This document shows, piece by piece, positions 30,328-39,624 of a stretch of DNA of 64,000 nt. The DNA comes from Candidatus Kaiserbacteria bacterium (GTDB lineage: Bacteria > Patescibacteriota > Minisyncoccia > Phycocordibacterales > Phycocordibacteraceae), in contig JAHFMN010000002.1 in NCBI GenBank assembly GCA_023264445.1, forward strand, positions 2,365-66,364, written 5' to 3'. Under the pieces are notes generated by a model, which saw only the letters and a program-made list of their open reading frames with translations, searched no databases and had not been told where the DNA came from. The position numbers and the translations under genes are program-made. Within the stretch, counting starts at the first letter, position 1; each line of letters opens with the position of its first letter.

Positions 30328-31974
30328 TTACATCCTTTCAGGCGTGGGGACACCGAGAAGCGTGAGACCGTTCGTCATGGTCTGCACGAACGCGCGGGCG
30401 ACAATCAGTTTATGCGCCTCGTGATCGCCGCCGATGATGCGTTCCTTCGCATAAAAAGAATTCCACTGTCCTGCAAGCTCGGTCAGATAGGTCACGAGGA
30501 GATTCGGGGTAAGCTCCCGTGCGGCGCGTGCGGCTACTTCAGGGAAATGCAACATGACTCGTTCTATATCGTACGGTTCGGCAGGTATATCACCCTTTCC
30601 CTTTTCTCCTGCTTGAGCGAGCACAGAGGCCGCCCGCACAAGCGCGTACTGGAGGTACGGTCCAGAATCACCCTCAAGCGAAAGTGACTTCTCTTCGTCA
30701 AAGACGATATCCGATCCCGGGGCCTGGCGCAGAATCATGTACTTGATCGCACCGATTGCCACCTGCTCGGCGATAAGCGGATCTGGATTCTTCTCACTGG
30801 CCCTTGTGATGATGTCTCGGATAAATTCGGCGGCGGCAATGACATTCCCTTCGCGCGAAGACATCTTCCCCGAGGCAAGCTTTAGAAAACCGGTAGAGAC
30901 ATGAACCGTTTTCTCGGCAAGAACTGGCGCGATGTCGGAAAGCGCTGCGAGTACGGTCCTGAAACGTCCTGTCTGTTCATTCCCAGTAATAACGACTGCC
31001 TGGTCTGACGGCCATCGCTCCTCCTTCAGGAATGCAAGTCCTATATCTTTTGCTTCATACGTCGGCGTATCATGCGAGGTGATGAATACCATCGTATGCA
31101 CGCCTTTCTTCTCTCCGTTGTAGATGATGGCACCATCGCTTTTTTCAAATATCCCTTTTTGCAACCCATCCATCACGATGCGCACGCCGGCTTCAGTCGT
31201 ATCGCTGTCAAAGAATTCAAAATCGAAATGCGTCCCGAGCAATTTCCAGATGCGGCGGAACTCTTCCATAGAAACGTCTCGTCCTTTCCGCCACAATTCC
31301 ATGAGTGCGTGGTCAGTACCCGCATACATCGCCTGATTGAGCGCGTCTATCTCTTCCTTCGCGTTCGGATCAGTCTCATAGGCGCGCGAACCTTCGGTAT
31401 ATGCCGCACCGATTTCTTGAGCGGTCGTCGGATCATCAATGCCGTTTTTTCGCAGTCCCCAGAGCGCCTTCGCGACGTTCGGACCGATATCTCCGCCGAA
31501 GGTATCGCGCGCCACCGTTGCACCGGAATTCTGTATGAGACGTGAGAGTGCCTCGCCTACGACCGTACCGACAAGATGACCGATATGCATCTCCTTGAAT
31601 GCATTCGGATTTGAATATTCGACGAGGATGCGTTTCGCGGTATTCCCGCCACCTTTCCCCCAGTCCGGTCCCTTCGCATCGGCCTCGGCAACCATAAAAT
31701 TGACCGCATCGCGCGCAAGCAGAATATTTATGAAGCCCGGTCCGGCGACTTCTATTCTTGAAACATGATCGCGAAGAGATTCTCGGAGTGCGTGCGCAAG
31801 CTCGTCAGCGAGCTCACGCGGATTCTTACCAAGTGATTTTGCTGCTGCAAGCGCGGCATTCGTCGCATAATCTCCATGTGCTATATCCCCGGGCCGTTCA
31901 ACGACGAACGCGACGGTATCGGCACCCATACGCACCAAAATATCCTTGATGGACTGCCGGATTTGCTCCTCCAT
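30328..31974 (-). CDS. argS: Arginyl-tRNA synthetase
   Basis: HIGH-like PNAFKEMHIGH and KMSS motifs; start taken at MEEQIRQSIKD. Confidence 0.93.
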   Translation of the reverse strand: MEEQIRQSIKDILVRMGADTVAFVVERPGDIAHGDYATNAALAAAKSLGKNPRELADELAHALRESLRDHVSRIEVAGPGFINILLARDAVNFMVAEADAKGPDWGKGGGNTAKRILVEYSNPNAFKEMHIGHLVGTVVGEALSRLIQNSGATVARDTFGGDIGPNVAKALWGLRKNGIDDPTTAQEIGAAYTEGSRAYETDPNAKEEIDALNQAMYAGTDHALMELWRKGRDVSMEEFRRIWKLLGTHFDFEFFDSDTTEAGVRIVMDGLQKGIFEKSDGAIIYNGEKKGVHTMVFITSHDTPTYEAKDIGLAFLKEERWPSDQAVVITGNEQTGRFRTVLAALSDIAPVLAEKTVHVSTGFLKLASGKMSSREGNVIAAAEFIRDIITRASEKNPDPLIAEQVAIGAIKYMILRQAPGSDIVFDEEKSLSLEGDSGPYLQYALVRAASVLAQAGEKGKGDIPAEPYDIERVMLHFPEVAARAARELTPNLLVTYLTELAGQWNSFYAKERIIGGDHEAHKLIVARAFVQTMTNGLTLLGVPTPERM

Positions 31975-32135
31975 ACGCGCGAGTATACCAATAAAATGAG
32001 GCCTGCCGGAGAGCGGTGGCAGGCCTCGGGAGCCAAGAAGGAGAAAGAAAAGACCCGGTACTTCAGGCATTGGGATTGGAATTCCTGGCCGGTTTCGGGT
32101 TTTTGGTTCCCTCTCCTTCGCGACTATGCCGAATG

Positions 32136-33419
32136 CTATATCTCCTTGAGAGATTCTGCAATAAATGACTCGGGGATAGGGTGTGCAAGCGCAAGTTTTT
32201 TTACCTCTTGCTTCGCATGTTCAACAGTTGCATCATCGCGCTTTGTGAGCACATCTACCATGAGTTCAGCCACTTGCGCAGACTCGGTTTCGCGAAATCC
32301 ACGCGTCGTCATCGCCGGCGTGCCGAAGCGGATGCCGGACGGGTCCATCGGTTTGCGTGTATCGTCTGCAATCGTATTTTTATTGAGCGTGATGCTCGCA
32401 CGATCAAGAAGTGTCTCTGCTTCGCCGCCGGAAATGCCGAATGATGCCCACGCATCAAGCAGGATGAGGTGATTGTCGGAACCGCCAGTGATCATGCGCG
32501 CGCCGTGCTTTTTAAATATCTGCTCCATCGCCTTTGTGTTCGCGAGAATCTGTTTTGCATACCGTTCAAAAGATGGATGCAATGCCTCTTTGAAAGCAAC
32601 TGCCTTTGCGGCTATCTGGTGCATATGCGGGCCGCCCTGTAGCCCCGGGAATACCGCCTTATCTATCTTCTTCGCGATTTCCTCGTCTTCGCGCGTGAGG
32701 ATCATGCCGCCGCGGGGGCCTCGGAGCGTCTTGTGGGTCGTGGTCGTCATGATGTCAAAGCCGTACTCAAACGGATTCTTCGCGGCCTTCCCCGCGATGA
32801 GCCCGGCAATGTGCGCAATATCCATCACGGCCAGTGCTCCGACTTCGCGTGCGATATCAACGAATTTTACATAGTCTAACTCGCGCGGATATGCCGAGAA
32901 ACCAGCGAGTACTATTTTCGGCTTCACTTCCTTCGCGACGCGACGCATGTCGTCGTAATCTATTTCGCCGGTCTCGATGTCTTTCATCTTGTACCGTACG
33001 AAATTAAAAATCTTCGTGAGATAGGTGACCGGATGCCCGTGCGTCAGATGCCCGCCATGCGAGAGATCCATGCCAAGCACCGTATCGCCCGGCTGAAGAA
33101 GGGCGAAATACATCGCGATGTTTGCATTCGCGCCACCAAGCGGCTGGACGTTCGCATAGGAGGCACCGAAGAGCTTTTTTGCTCGCTCAATCGCGAGCAT
33201 TTCTACAGCGTCGGTAAATTCTTGCCCGCCGTAGTATCGCTTTCCCGGATACCCTTCCGAGTATTTGTTCGTGAGCGATGACGCCATTGCCTCCTTCACG
33301 GCGCGCGAGACGTAATTTTCCGATGGGATGAGTTCCAATCCCTCCGCCTGCCGCTTCTCCTCCCCCGCAAGCGCCGCAAAGATTTCCGGGTCCTCTTTTT
33401 CGATAAAGGGAAATTCCAT
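32136..33419 (-). CDS. glyA: Serine hydroxymethyltransferase
   Basis: 427 aa; PLP site TTTTHKTLRGPRGG. Confidence 0.97.
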   Translation of the reverse strand: MEFPFIEKEDPEIFAALAGEEKRQAEGLELIPSENYVSRAVKEAMASSLTNKYSEGYPGKRYYGGQEFTDAVEMLAIERAKKLFGASYANVQPLGGANANIAMYFALLQPGDTVLGMDLSHGGHLTHGHPVTYLTKIFNFVRYKMKDIETGEIDYDDMRRVAKEVKPKIVLAGFSAYPRELDYVKFVDIAREVGALAVMDIAHIAGLIAGKAAKNPFEYGFDIMTTTTHKTLRGPRGGMILTREDEEIAKKIDKAVFPGLQGGPHMHQIAAKAVAFKEALHPSFERYAKQILANTKAMEQIFKKHGARMITGGSDNHLILLDAWASFGISGGEAETLLDRASITLNKNTIADDTRKPMDPSGIRFGTPAMTTRGFRETESAQVAELMVDVLTKRDDATVEHAKQEVKKLALAHPIPESFIAESLKEI

Positions 33420-33512
33420 AGCGGCACTCTAGCATGTTTGACTATTCCTCTACGCTCCGTATGATGCGGCAGGACAACAACTCAACGCAGTTCATTTTAG
33501 GAGGGGCATCGC

Positions 33513-34403
33513 ATGGAAAACATCTACAAACCGCTCGCAGAGCGGACGCCCGATCATCAGTATGTGGATCGGCTTAAATTCATTCTCGAGAACGGTGTCA
33601 TGGTGCGGGATACGCCGCAAGGTGTCGGCGCGCTCACCTGTTTCGGCACGCTCGCGCCGATGGTGTTCGATCTCGCAAACGGCGTTCCGCTCATCACCGA
33701 GCGCAAGCTTGGCTCATGGCGGTTCGCCATCGGCGAGAAGATCGCCTTCATCAACGGCGCACGCACGGTCGATGAGATCGAATCCTATGGCTGCGGCCCA
33801 CGATTCTGGGGCCAGTACCGAGGAGGAGGCACGGCGCTTGGTCTTACACCGGACGACATGGGTCCGGGTTCCTACGGCGCAGCGTTCCATGATTTCGAGG
33901 TGCCAGGTGGCGGAACGCTGAACCAATACGAGCAAGTCGTTGAGCAGATCCGGCTCTATCCGATGATGCGAACCCATCTCGTCACGCCATGGAAGCCGTA
34001 CTACACAGCGCGCGGCCCGAACCGGAAAGTCATCGTGGCGCCCTGCCACGGATGGGTGCATTTCCGCGTCGTCGATGGGAAGCTCCATATGCGCATGGAT
34101 CAGCGTTCTGCGGATATGCCAATCGGCGAGCCGCACAACATGATCCAATACGCAGCGCTTCTGCTCATGGTGTGCCAGGTGACCGGGTACCAGCCCGGCA
34201 ACTACATCCATAGCTTCGCCGACGCGCACATCTACGAGAATCAAATCAAGGATGTGCACGAGCTCGTGAAGCGTCCGCCACGCCCCTCCCCCGTGCTTCG
34301 GCTCGATCCGAGTGTGAAGAACTTGTTCGACTTCCGAGTCGAACATTTCACGCTTGAAGAGTACGATCCGCATCCGGCCATGAATATCTCCTTCAGTCCT
34401 TGA
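33513..34403 (+). CDS. thyA: Thymidylate synthase (ThyA type)
   Basis: 296 aa; catalytic APCHG motif. Confidence 0.93.
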   Translation: MENIYKPLAERTPDHQYVDRLKFILENGVMVRDTPQGVGALTCFGTLAPMVFDLANGVPLITERKLGSWRFAIGEKIAFINGARTVDEIESYGCGPRFWGQYRGGGTALGLTPDDMGPGSYGAAFHDFEVPGGGTLNQYEQVVEQIRLYPMMRTHLVTPWKPYYTARGPNRKVIVAPCHGWVHFRVVDGKLHMRMDQRSADMPIGEPHNMIQYAALLLMVCQVTGYQPGNYIHSFADAHIYENQIKDVHELVKRPPRPSPVLRLDPSVKNLFDFRVEHFTLEEYDPHPAMNISFSP

Positions 34404-34430
34404 ACGTCGGCCACGTTCACCCGCCTCCCC

Positions 34431-34458
34431 CGGAGGCGGTTCTTTTTTATCGGATGGC
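34431..34458 (+). terminator. Intrinsic terminator after thyA: CCGCCTCC-CCC-GGAGGCGG followed by TTCTTTTTT
   Basis: 8 bp GC-rich stem followed by a T-run. Confidence 0.65.
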
Positions 34459-34506
34459 GTGGTATAAGAGCGCCATGATCTTTATAGAAAGCAGGAGGAA
34501 TCACTC

Positions 34507-34983
34507 GTGAAGAAAGCTGGGAATTCGAGGCGGCAGCAAGTAGATGTCAGAAATGCGGAGGTCGTGAAGCGGGACGACTATGCAAAAACGCTCAAAGCCA
34601 TCATTGCGGGCGGGTTCTGTCCGTTCTGCGAAGAACATCTCTTCAGGCACCACTCACGGCCAATCGTGTACAAAAGTAAGCACTGGCTTGTGACGGAAAA
34701 CGCATGGCCGTATGAAGGTTCTCGACATCACTTTCTTTTTATCGCGCGGAAACACGTGGAGAACATCGAGGAATTGTCGGCCACTGCATGGACTGAGTTG
34801 CATGCGATGCATCGCTTTTTGGTGAAGCGGTGTGGATTGAAAGGCGCGACACTCTTCATTCGCTCTGGTGATACAAAATTCACCGGGGCATCCGTGAATC
34901 ACCTGCATGCACAAGTCATCGTCGGCGGGCCGCGAACCAAGAATCCAAGATTTATCAAAGCGCTCGTCGGCTTCAAGCGTTAG
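34507..34983 (+). CDS. HIT-family (histidine triad) nucleotide hydrolase/transferase-like protein
   Basis: HIT motif VNHLHAQVI and an N-terminal CPFC zinc motif. Confidence 0.65.
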   Translation: MKKAGNSRRQQVDVRNAEVVKRDDYAKTLKAIIAGGFCPFCEEHLFRHHSRPIVYKSKHWLVTENAWPYEGSRHHFLFIARKHVENIEELSATAWTELHAMHRFLVKRCGLKGATLFIRSGDTKFTGASVNHLHAQVIVGGPRTKNPRFIKALVGFKR

Positions 34984-34997
34984 AAGTGTTGAAGTTC

Positions 34998-35030
34998 AAC
35001 CGCCACCGGAAACGGGGCGGTTCGTTTTTT
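34998..35030 (+). terminator. Intrinsic terminator after the HIT gene: AACCGCC...GGCGGTT followed by TTCGTTTTTT
   Basis: Stem-loop followed by a T-run. Confidence 0.5.
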
Positions 35031-35067
35031 ATAAAAAGGACTCCCTCGGCCCGAAGGACGAGGGAGT
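35031..35067 (-). terminator. Intrinsic terminator for the convergent dCMP-deaminase gene: CTCCCTCG-GCCCGAAGGAC-GAGGGAG with a T-run on the minus strand
   Basis: 8 bp stem; AAAAA on the plus strand flank. Confidence 0.5.
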
Positions 35068-35081
35068 AATGCATGCAAACC

Positions 35082-35921
35082 TCACATCTGCACACGGATG
35101 ATCTCCACAGCCTTCGCCTGGAGCGTTTCGGCTCCGGCGACAAGCGAGTACCCATCCGCGTAGTAGAGGCGCTTGATGCCTGAAAAGGCCCAGATATTCG
35201 CACAGCCCGGACAAGGGAAGGTTGTAACGTACAGACTGCATCCTCTTGTACAGATCCCGCGGGACGCGGCCGTAGCGAGAAGCACTGCCTCGGCGTGCGC
35301 CGCATTCGAAAGGTCGATGCGCTGACCCGGCTCGAAATTGCTTCGCGGATCGCCCATGAGATACGCGCTCTGCTCGTGCGGCACGTGCTGATTGAAGCCG
35401 GCGAGCAACACGATGCCGTCTTTCACGAGAAGCGCGCCTATCTGCCGCCACCAGTCCGGACTCTGATGTGCCTCCCGGAATGCGGAGCGCATGAGCTCAC
35501 GATCGAGTTCATCGACCGAAACCACGCGTTCGCCTTCCGGCCGCCGGTTCTGGGTGGTGGTGGTCCAGTCCCAGCGAAGTCGCCAACGCCCATCGAACGT
35601 AACCGCCGCACCCGCGAAGTATTCCTTCGCAAGCGCACGCGACACGTCCTCATCCGGCATAACAACGCGCGACTGCCGCACGGTATCGAGCTCCGCCGAA
35701 GTGAGGATGCGAACGTCCGAAAAAATGCCGAGCGCCTGAATCATCTTCTGTGATTCTTGAGGCGCAACCCCCGGCAGATTCCGCACGAGCGGCTGAAACT
35801 TCCGCGTGAACTCCTCGCCGAGCACATACAGAATACTTCCTGCATATGCCCGGAAGAACTTCAGGTAGCCCGCATGCGGCGATGCGACGTATGCAACGAC
35901 GGTGTCATTACCCAATTTCAT
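35082..35921 (-). CDS. CMP/dCMP deaminase zinc-binding family protein with a 150-aa N-terminal extension of unknown function
   Basis: C-terminal HAE...PCPGC zinc motif. Confidence 0.7.
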   Translation of the reverse strand: MKLGNDTVVAYVASPHAGYLKFFRAYAGSILYVLGEEFTRKFQPLVRNLPGVAPQESQKMIQALGIFSDVRILTSAELDTVRQSRVVMPDEDVSRALAKEYFAGAAVTFDGRWRLRWDWTTTTQNRRPEGERVVSVDELDRELMRSAFREAHQSPDWWRQIGALLVKDGIVLLAGFNQHVPHEQSAYLMGDPRSNFEPGQRIDLSNAAHAEAVLLATAASRGICTRGCSLYVTTFPCPGCANIWAFSGIKRLYYADGYSLVAGAETLQAKAVEIIRVQM

Positions 35922-36588
35922 CGCGGACCTCCTTCAGTATAGCGATGAGCCTTCCTTCGATCTTCAGGAGAAGACTGGCGGCCCCATCGAAGGAGAGACG
36001 TCTGATGCGTGCCGTCGTGCTCGTTTCCGCTTGCGGCGGAAGATTCACGATATGCACGCACTGCTCCTGCATCATCGCGAGCCCCGGCAAGTCCTTGGTC
36101 GACTGGGAGATGATTCGCACATCATGCTTCACGACCTTGAACAGCTGGTCGGCTTCGTACTGCGGGGTGATGATATCTACCGACCGCAAATGTCTCAGCA
36201 CGCGAGCCCGTTCATCTTCCGGCACAATCGGCCGATCGGGACCCTTGCGCAACTTCGTGAAGGCATCGGTGTCGATACCGACGACCATGATGATGTATTC
36301 CGCGTCCGGGTAGAGTTTCCGTGCTTCCTCTTTCCCTTTCTCGATATAGTCACCATGACCGATGTGGAACAAGTCCCACACGCCGGTTGAGAATACGATG
36401 ATGCAGCCCATAGACCGCAACATCTCGATCATTTGCACCAATACCGCATGGTCTGCAACGAACCGTTCTTCGAACGGAATCGTGAAGGACGTCGTCGTCT
36501 TGAGAATACGCGAGACGCGCCTATTCAGCTGATTGATTTCAGCCGGAGACCGCTTCCCTTCGTACAGTTCAACAGATTCATTACCCAT
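35908..36588 (-). CDS. Cytidylyltransferase-like (nucleotidyltransferase HIGH-motif) protein, 226 aa
   Basis: GVWDLFHIGH motif typical of TagD/RfaE-II/ECT-type nucleotidyltransferases. Confidence 0.65.
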   Translation of the reverse strand: MGNESVELYEGKRSPAEINQLNRRVSRILKTTTSFTIPFEERFVADHAVLVQMIEMLRSMGCIIVFSTGVWDLFHIGHGDYIEKGKEEARKLYPDAEYIIMVVGIDTDAFTKLRKGPDRPIVPEDERARVLRHLRSVDIITPQYEADQLFKVVKHDVRIISQSTKDLPGLAMMQEQCVHIVNLPPQAETSTTARIRRLSFDGAASLLLKIEGRLIAILKEVRDEIG

Positions 36589-36763
36589 CTTCGAGTCCTC
36601 CGGTGGTTGAGTTTCGAGGTACTGTCCGGCCGTACTGTACGCGCGAAATGGGCATGGTGCAACCGTTGACGTTCTAGCCGCCTTGGGTGAGTATGCGGGC
36701 AGAAATCTGTACGAATGACTGTTTCAAATCGGCCTACCTATCCATCCTTTTGAGGAGAGCTCC

Positions 36764-37282
36764 ATGCAATCAGCCAGCGGTCTTTCGCTTATCGTCGCGA
36801 TGACGCCGGAGCGTGTTATCGGCAAGGACAACGCTCTGCCCTGGCGCATCCCAAGCGACCTGCGGCGATTCAAAGACATAACAACCGGACATCCGGTTAT
36901 TATGGGGCGCAAGAATTGGGAATCGATTCCGTTGAAGTTTCGTCCGCTTCCGGGAAGGACGAACATCGTGCTCACGCGCCAGCCGGGGTATGCGACACAC
37001 GGCGGGGTGGTTGTCGGTTCGATTGAAGATGCTCGCGCGATTGCCTTTCAATCCCCCGGCGCCGAAGAAGTGTTCGTCATCGGCGGCGAGGAAATCTATC
37101 GGGCATTCTTGCCGCAGATGCAGAAGGCATACGTCACGCTGATCGACGCTTTCGTTGCAGGCGATGTGCACTTCCCCGAAATGCCGTCATCCGAGTGGTT
37201 GCTCGTTTCCGAAACCGAAACGAAGAAGTGGAATGAGAACGACCAGCATCCCTACTCATTTCGCATCTACGAACGAAGATGA
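36764..37282 (+). CDS. folA: Dihydrofolate reductase
   Basis: 172 aa; IGKDNALPWRIPSDLRRFK and VIMGRKNWESIP motifs. Confidence 0.9.
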   Translation: MQSASGLSLIVAMTPERVIGKDNALPWRIPSDLRRFKDITTGHPVIMGRKNWESIPLKFRPLPGRTNIVLTRQPGYATHGGVVVGSIEDARAIAFQSPGAEEVFVIGGEEIYRAFLPQMQKAYVTLIDAFVAGDVHFPEMPSSEWLLVSETETKKWNENDQHPYSFRIYERR

Positions 37283-37300
37283 AAATGGAGAGGAGAAAGC

Positions 37301-37325
37301 AAAACGGCGCCTTCGGCGCCGTTTT
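37301..37325. terminator. Bidirectional terminator between folA (+) and rplK (-): AAAACGGCGCC-TTCG-GCGCCGTTTT
   Basis: Perfect 7 bp GC stem with a UUCG loop; A and T runs on both sides. Confidence 0.65.
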
Positions 37326-37428
37326 CATTTGTTCAAAAACCTACTTCACGTCGACCCACGCATACTTTTCTGCTGAAAAGTTGTGCGGGCCCGCCTCGGC
37401 TCGTCAGCCTCCGGCCGGTCGACGTTTC

Positions 37429-37848
37429 TTATTTCACGTCGACCCCCATTGAGCGAGCGGTGCCGGCGATGATGCGCGCGGCCGCTTCCGGAGAACTTGC
37501 ATTCAAGTCTGGCATTTTCTCTTCGACGATTGCCGCAATCTGCGCCTTCGTGATGGTACCGACCTTTGTCTCCTTCGCCTTGCCGGAGCCCTTCTCGAGA
37601 CCGAGCGCCTTGAGGATGAGGCGCGAGGCCGGCGGGTTCTTCATGATGAAGGTGAACGAGCGGTCGTCGTAGACCGAGAGCTCTATCGGGATGATCGTCC
37701 CACGTTTGTCCTTCGTCGCCTCATTAAACTGGGTCACGAATTGGCCGATATTCACGCCAGCAGGGCCAAGCGCGGTACCGACCGGAGGCGCCGGCGTCGC
37801 CGCGCCGCCCGGAATCTGGAGCTTTATCTTCTTAACAACGGTAGCCAT
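37429..37848 (-). CDS. rplK: 50S ribosomal protein L11
   Basis: 139 aa; [14 protein letters not shown] motif. Confidence 0.95.
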   Translation of the reverse strand: MATVVKKIKLQIPGGAATPAPPVGTALGPAGVNIGQFVTQFNEATKDKRGTIIPIELSVYDDRSFTFIMKNPPASRLILKALGLEKGSGKAKETKVGTITKAQIAAIVEEKMPDLNASSPEAAARIIAGTARSMGVDVK

Positions 37849-37866
37849 ATATAGAGCGACTGTACG

Positions 37867-38505
37867 CTAGAGTTTACGAATTTGCAAAAAGTCGAGTTCG
37901 ACCGGCGTTTCGCGCCCGAACATCGAGACCATGACCTTTACCTTGCCGCGGTCTTCATCGATCTCTCCCACCTTACCCTCAAGGTCCTTGAACGGGCCGT
38001 CGGCAATGACGATAGGATCGTCTTTCACGAGGTCGATGCGATGCTTCGGCGCCTCCGCCGTCATACGCTTCATGAGCGAGGCGACTTCGGATTCTTCCAT
38101 CGGAACTGGCGTATTGCCGGAGCCAACGAAGCCGGTTACTCTCGGTGTGTTGCGCACCACGAACCACGAGTCATCATCGACGATCATGCGCACGAGAATG
38201 TAGCCGGGATAGATTTTCTCTTCCTCGACAATGCGCTTGCCGCCCTTCACGCGGATCTTCTTCTCCGTCGGCACAATGACGTCAAATATCTTCCCTTCCA
38301 TACCGAGCGACTCGATGCGCTGCTTTAGATTGCGCTCCACGGCATTCTCGTAGCCAGCATAGGTGTGGATGGTGTACCAACGCGCATCTTCCTCGCGAGG
38401 AAGCGTCTCATCGCGCACTTCCTTGCGCACAGTCGGCGCGATGTCGGCCATGCCGATTTCCTCTGGCAAATCCGCTTCCCCGCTGTGCATGAGATTTTCG
38501 TCCAT
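37867..38505 (-). CDS. nusG: Transcription termination/antitermination factor NusG, with an acidic N-terminal extension
   Basis: NGN domain WYTIHTYAGYE and a C-terminal KOW domain. Confidence 0.9.
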   Translation of the reverse strand: MDENLMHSGEADLPEEIGMADIAPTVRKEVRDETLPREEDARWYTIHTYAGYENAVERNLKQRIESLGMEGKIFDVIVPTEKKIRVKGGKRIVEEEKIYPGYILVRMIVDDDSWFVVRNTPRVTGFVGSGNTPVPMEESEVASLMKRMTAEAPKHRIDLVKDDPIVIADGPFKDLEGKVGEIDEDRGKVKVMVSMFGRETPVELDFLQIRKL

Positions 38506-38515
38506 AGAGATACAA

Positions 38516-38701
38516 TTACGCGCTGGCAATCTGGCTCACTACCAAGCCGAAGAGGTAATCAAGAAGACCAACGAGAAGGGCGATAGCAATCGCGATGAAA
38601 ATGACGACAAGCGTATGCGAGAGTGCTGTCCGATTGCTCGGCCAGACAATGTGAGTGAACTCTTCGCGCACATGTTTCAGATAGCTGAATGGCGAGGTCA
38701 T
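38516..38701 (-). CDS. secE: Preprotein translocase subunit SecE, 61 aa
   Basis: Single TM helix; immediately upstream of nusG; start taken at MTSPFSYL. Confidence 0.75.
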   Translation of the reverse strand: MTSPFSYLKHVREEFTHIVWPSNRTALSHTLVVIFIAIAIALLVGLLDYLFGLVVSQIASA

Positions 38702-38723
38702 GACAGATGTCGCATTACTAAAT

Positions 38724-38780
38724 AAAAAAGCCCTGCGGGCTTCGATAGCGCCAGTATAGCAGAACGCCAAAACGCGTCAA
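38724..38780 (-). promoter_or_regulatory. Putative secE-nusG-rplK promoter: -35 TTGACG (38775-38780), 16 nt spacer, -10 TATACT (38753-38758). A terminator-like hairpin AAGCCC-GCA-GGGCUU plus U6 follows in the 5' UTR at 38724-38744
   Basis: Good hexamers; the hairpin with its U-run lies between the predicted TSS and the secE ATG. Confidence 0.4.
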
Positions 38781-38796
38781 CACCTTTACTCTAAAG

Positions 38797-38832
38797 TAAA
38801 CAAAAAGCCCCCAATGCCGAAGCAAAGGGGGT
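38797..38832 (-). terminator. Intrinsic terminator for gene 38884..39480: CCCCC-14 nt loop-GGGGG followed by CTTTTTGTTT
   Basis: GC stem followed by a T-run on the minus strand. Confidence 0.5.
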
Positions 38833-38883
38833 AGGCCGGGAGAGCCAAAGTTCCCAAGGGCCAAAGTGCAAAAATCCGAAGAC

Positions 38884-39480
38884 CTAAGCCCCAGAGACCT
38901 TGCGAACGGCGAGGAAGCGACAACCCACACTCCAGCCGCTGCCGAACCATAGGAGGTCGAGGTCACACTCGGAATCGCTCCGAGGGAGGTACGGCACGCT
39001 GCGATTGCCACGGACCTCCGCGACCGAGCCTAGGCCGATGATTGGGAACTTGCGCTGTTCGTCGGGGTATTTCTCCCCGAAGCAGAGCAGGTGCTCGATT
39101 CTTGCCGGTTCCCAGCCCGCTTTCTTCATCGCTTCAATCGCTTTCTCCGAGGAGATGTTGTGGTTGAAGTGGAAGTAGCGGCTCTCGAACTCCACCATGT
39201 CCTCCCCTTCGAGCGGGAAGCGCTTCGCTGTGATGTCGCTGTTCTTCCAGTCGTAGCGACCGGCGGCGATCATCTCTTCGAGGGAACGGTCGTAGTCGAT
39301 GGTGAGGGGGATGGTGAGGGGGAAGGTGTTGGGGGTGGGCGTGACGTGCTCAAATGGATTCTTCCGCTGATTGAATAGTGCGAGTTCGTCGAGAGTGATA
39401 CCTCCCTTGCGGATTTTGCATGCAAGGTCTTCCCACAATCCAGCCAAGCGTTCGCCCGGCAAAGTCACGGCGTTAGCCAT
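38884..39480 (-). CDS. Hypothetical protein of 198 aa, monocistronic, carrying the same promoter-leader module as gene 21611..22270
   Basis: Full-length ORF; CAGGAG Shine-Dalgarno sequence; own terminator. Confidence 0.6.
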   Translation of the reverse strand: MANAVTLPGERLAGLWEDLACKIRKGGITLDELALFNQRKNPFEHVTPTPNTFPLTIPLTIDYDRSLEEMIAAGRYDWKNSDITAKRFPLEGEDMVEFESRYFHFNHNISSEKAIEAMKKAGWEPARIEHLLCFGEKYPDEQRKFPIIGLGSVAEVRGNRSVPYLPRSDSECDLDLLWFGSGWSVGCRFLAVRKVSGA

Positions 39481-39500
39481 GTGTTTCTCCTGTAATGAGC

Positions 39501-39570
39501 TATCCTGAATGCGGGGAATCCCGCACTCATTAGCTTTTTCAATAATACACCTAATAACCTATATTGTCAA
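39501..39570 (-). promoter_or_regulatory. Promoter plus conserved 5' leader module, copy B: -35 TTGACA (39565-39570), 17 nt spacer, -10 TATTAT (39542-39547). Leader hairpin UGAGUGCGGG-AUU-CCCCGCAUUCA at 39505-39528. An extra partial half-site CCCGTGAATACGGG lies at 39583-39596
   Basis: About 34 nt of the leader are near-identical to copy A, with a compensatory-like U to C change in the stem. Confidence 0.55.
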
Positions 39571-39624
39571 TGGATAGAAAAGCCCGTGAATACGGGATTT
39601 TCTGACATTATTTCAAGACTCTCG

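Noticed and set aside
37283-37430. Looked for rplA (L1) downstream of rplK
   Set aside because: No ORF of any size with L1 features was found. There is only a 145-bp spacer with a terminator, so the absence is reported as a finding and not annotated as a gene.
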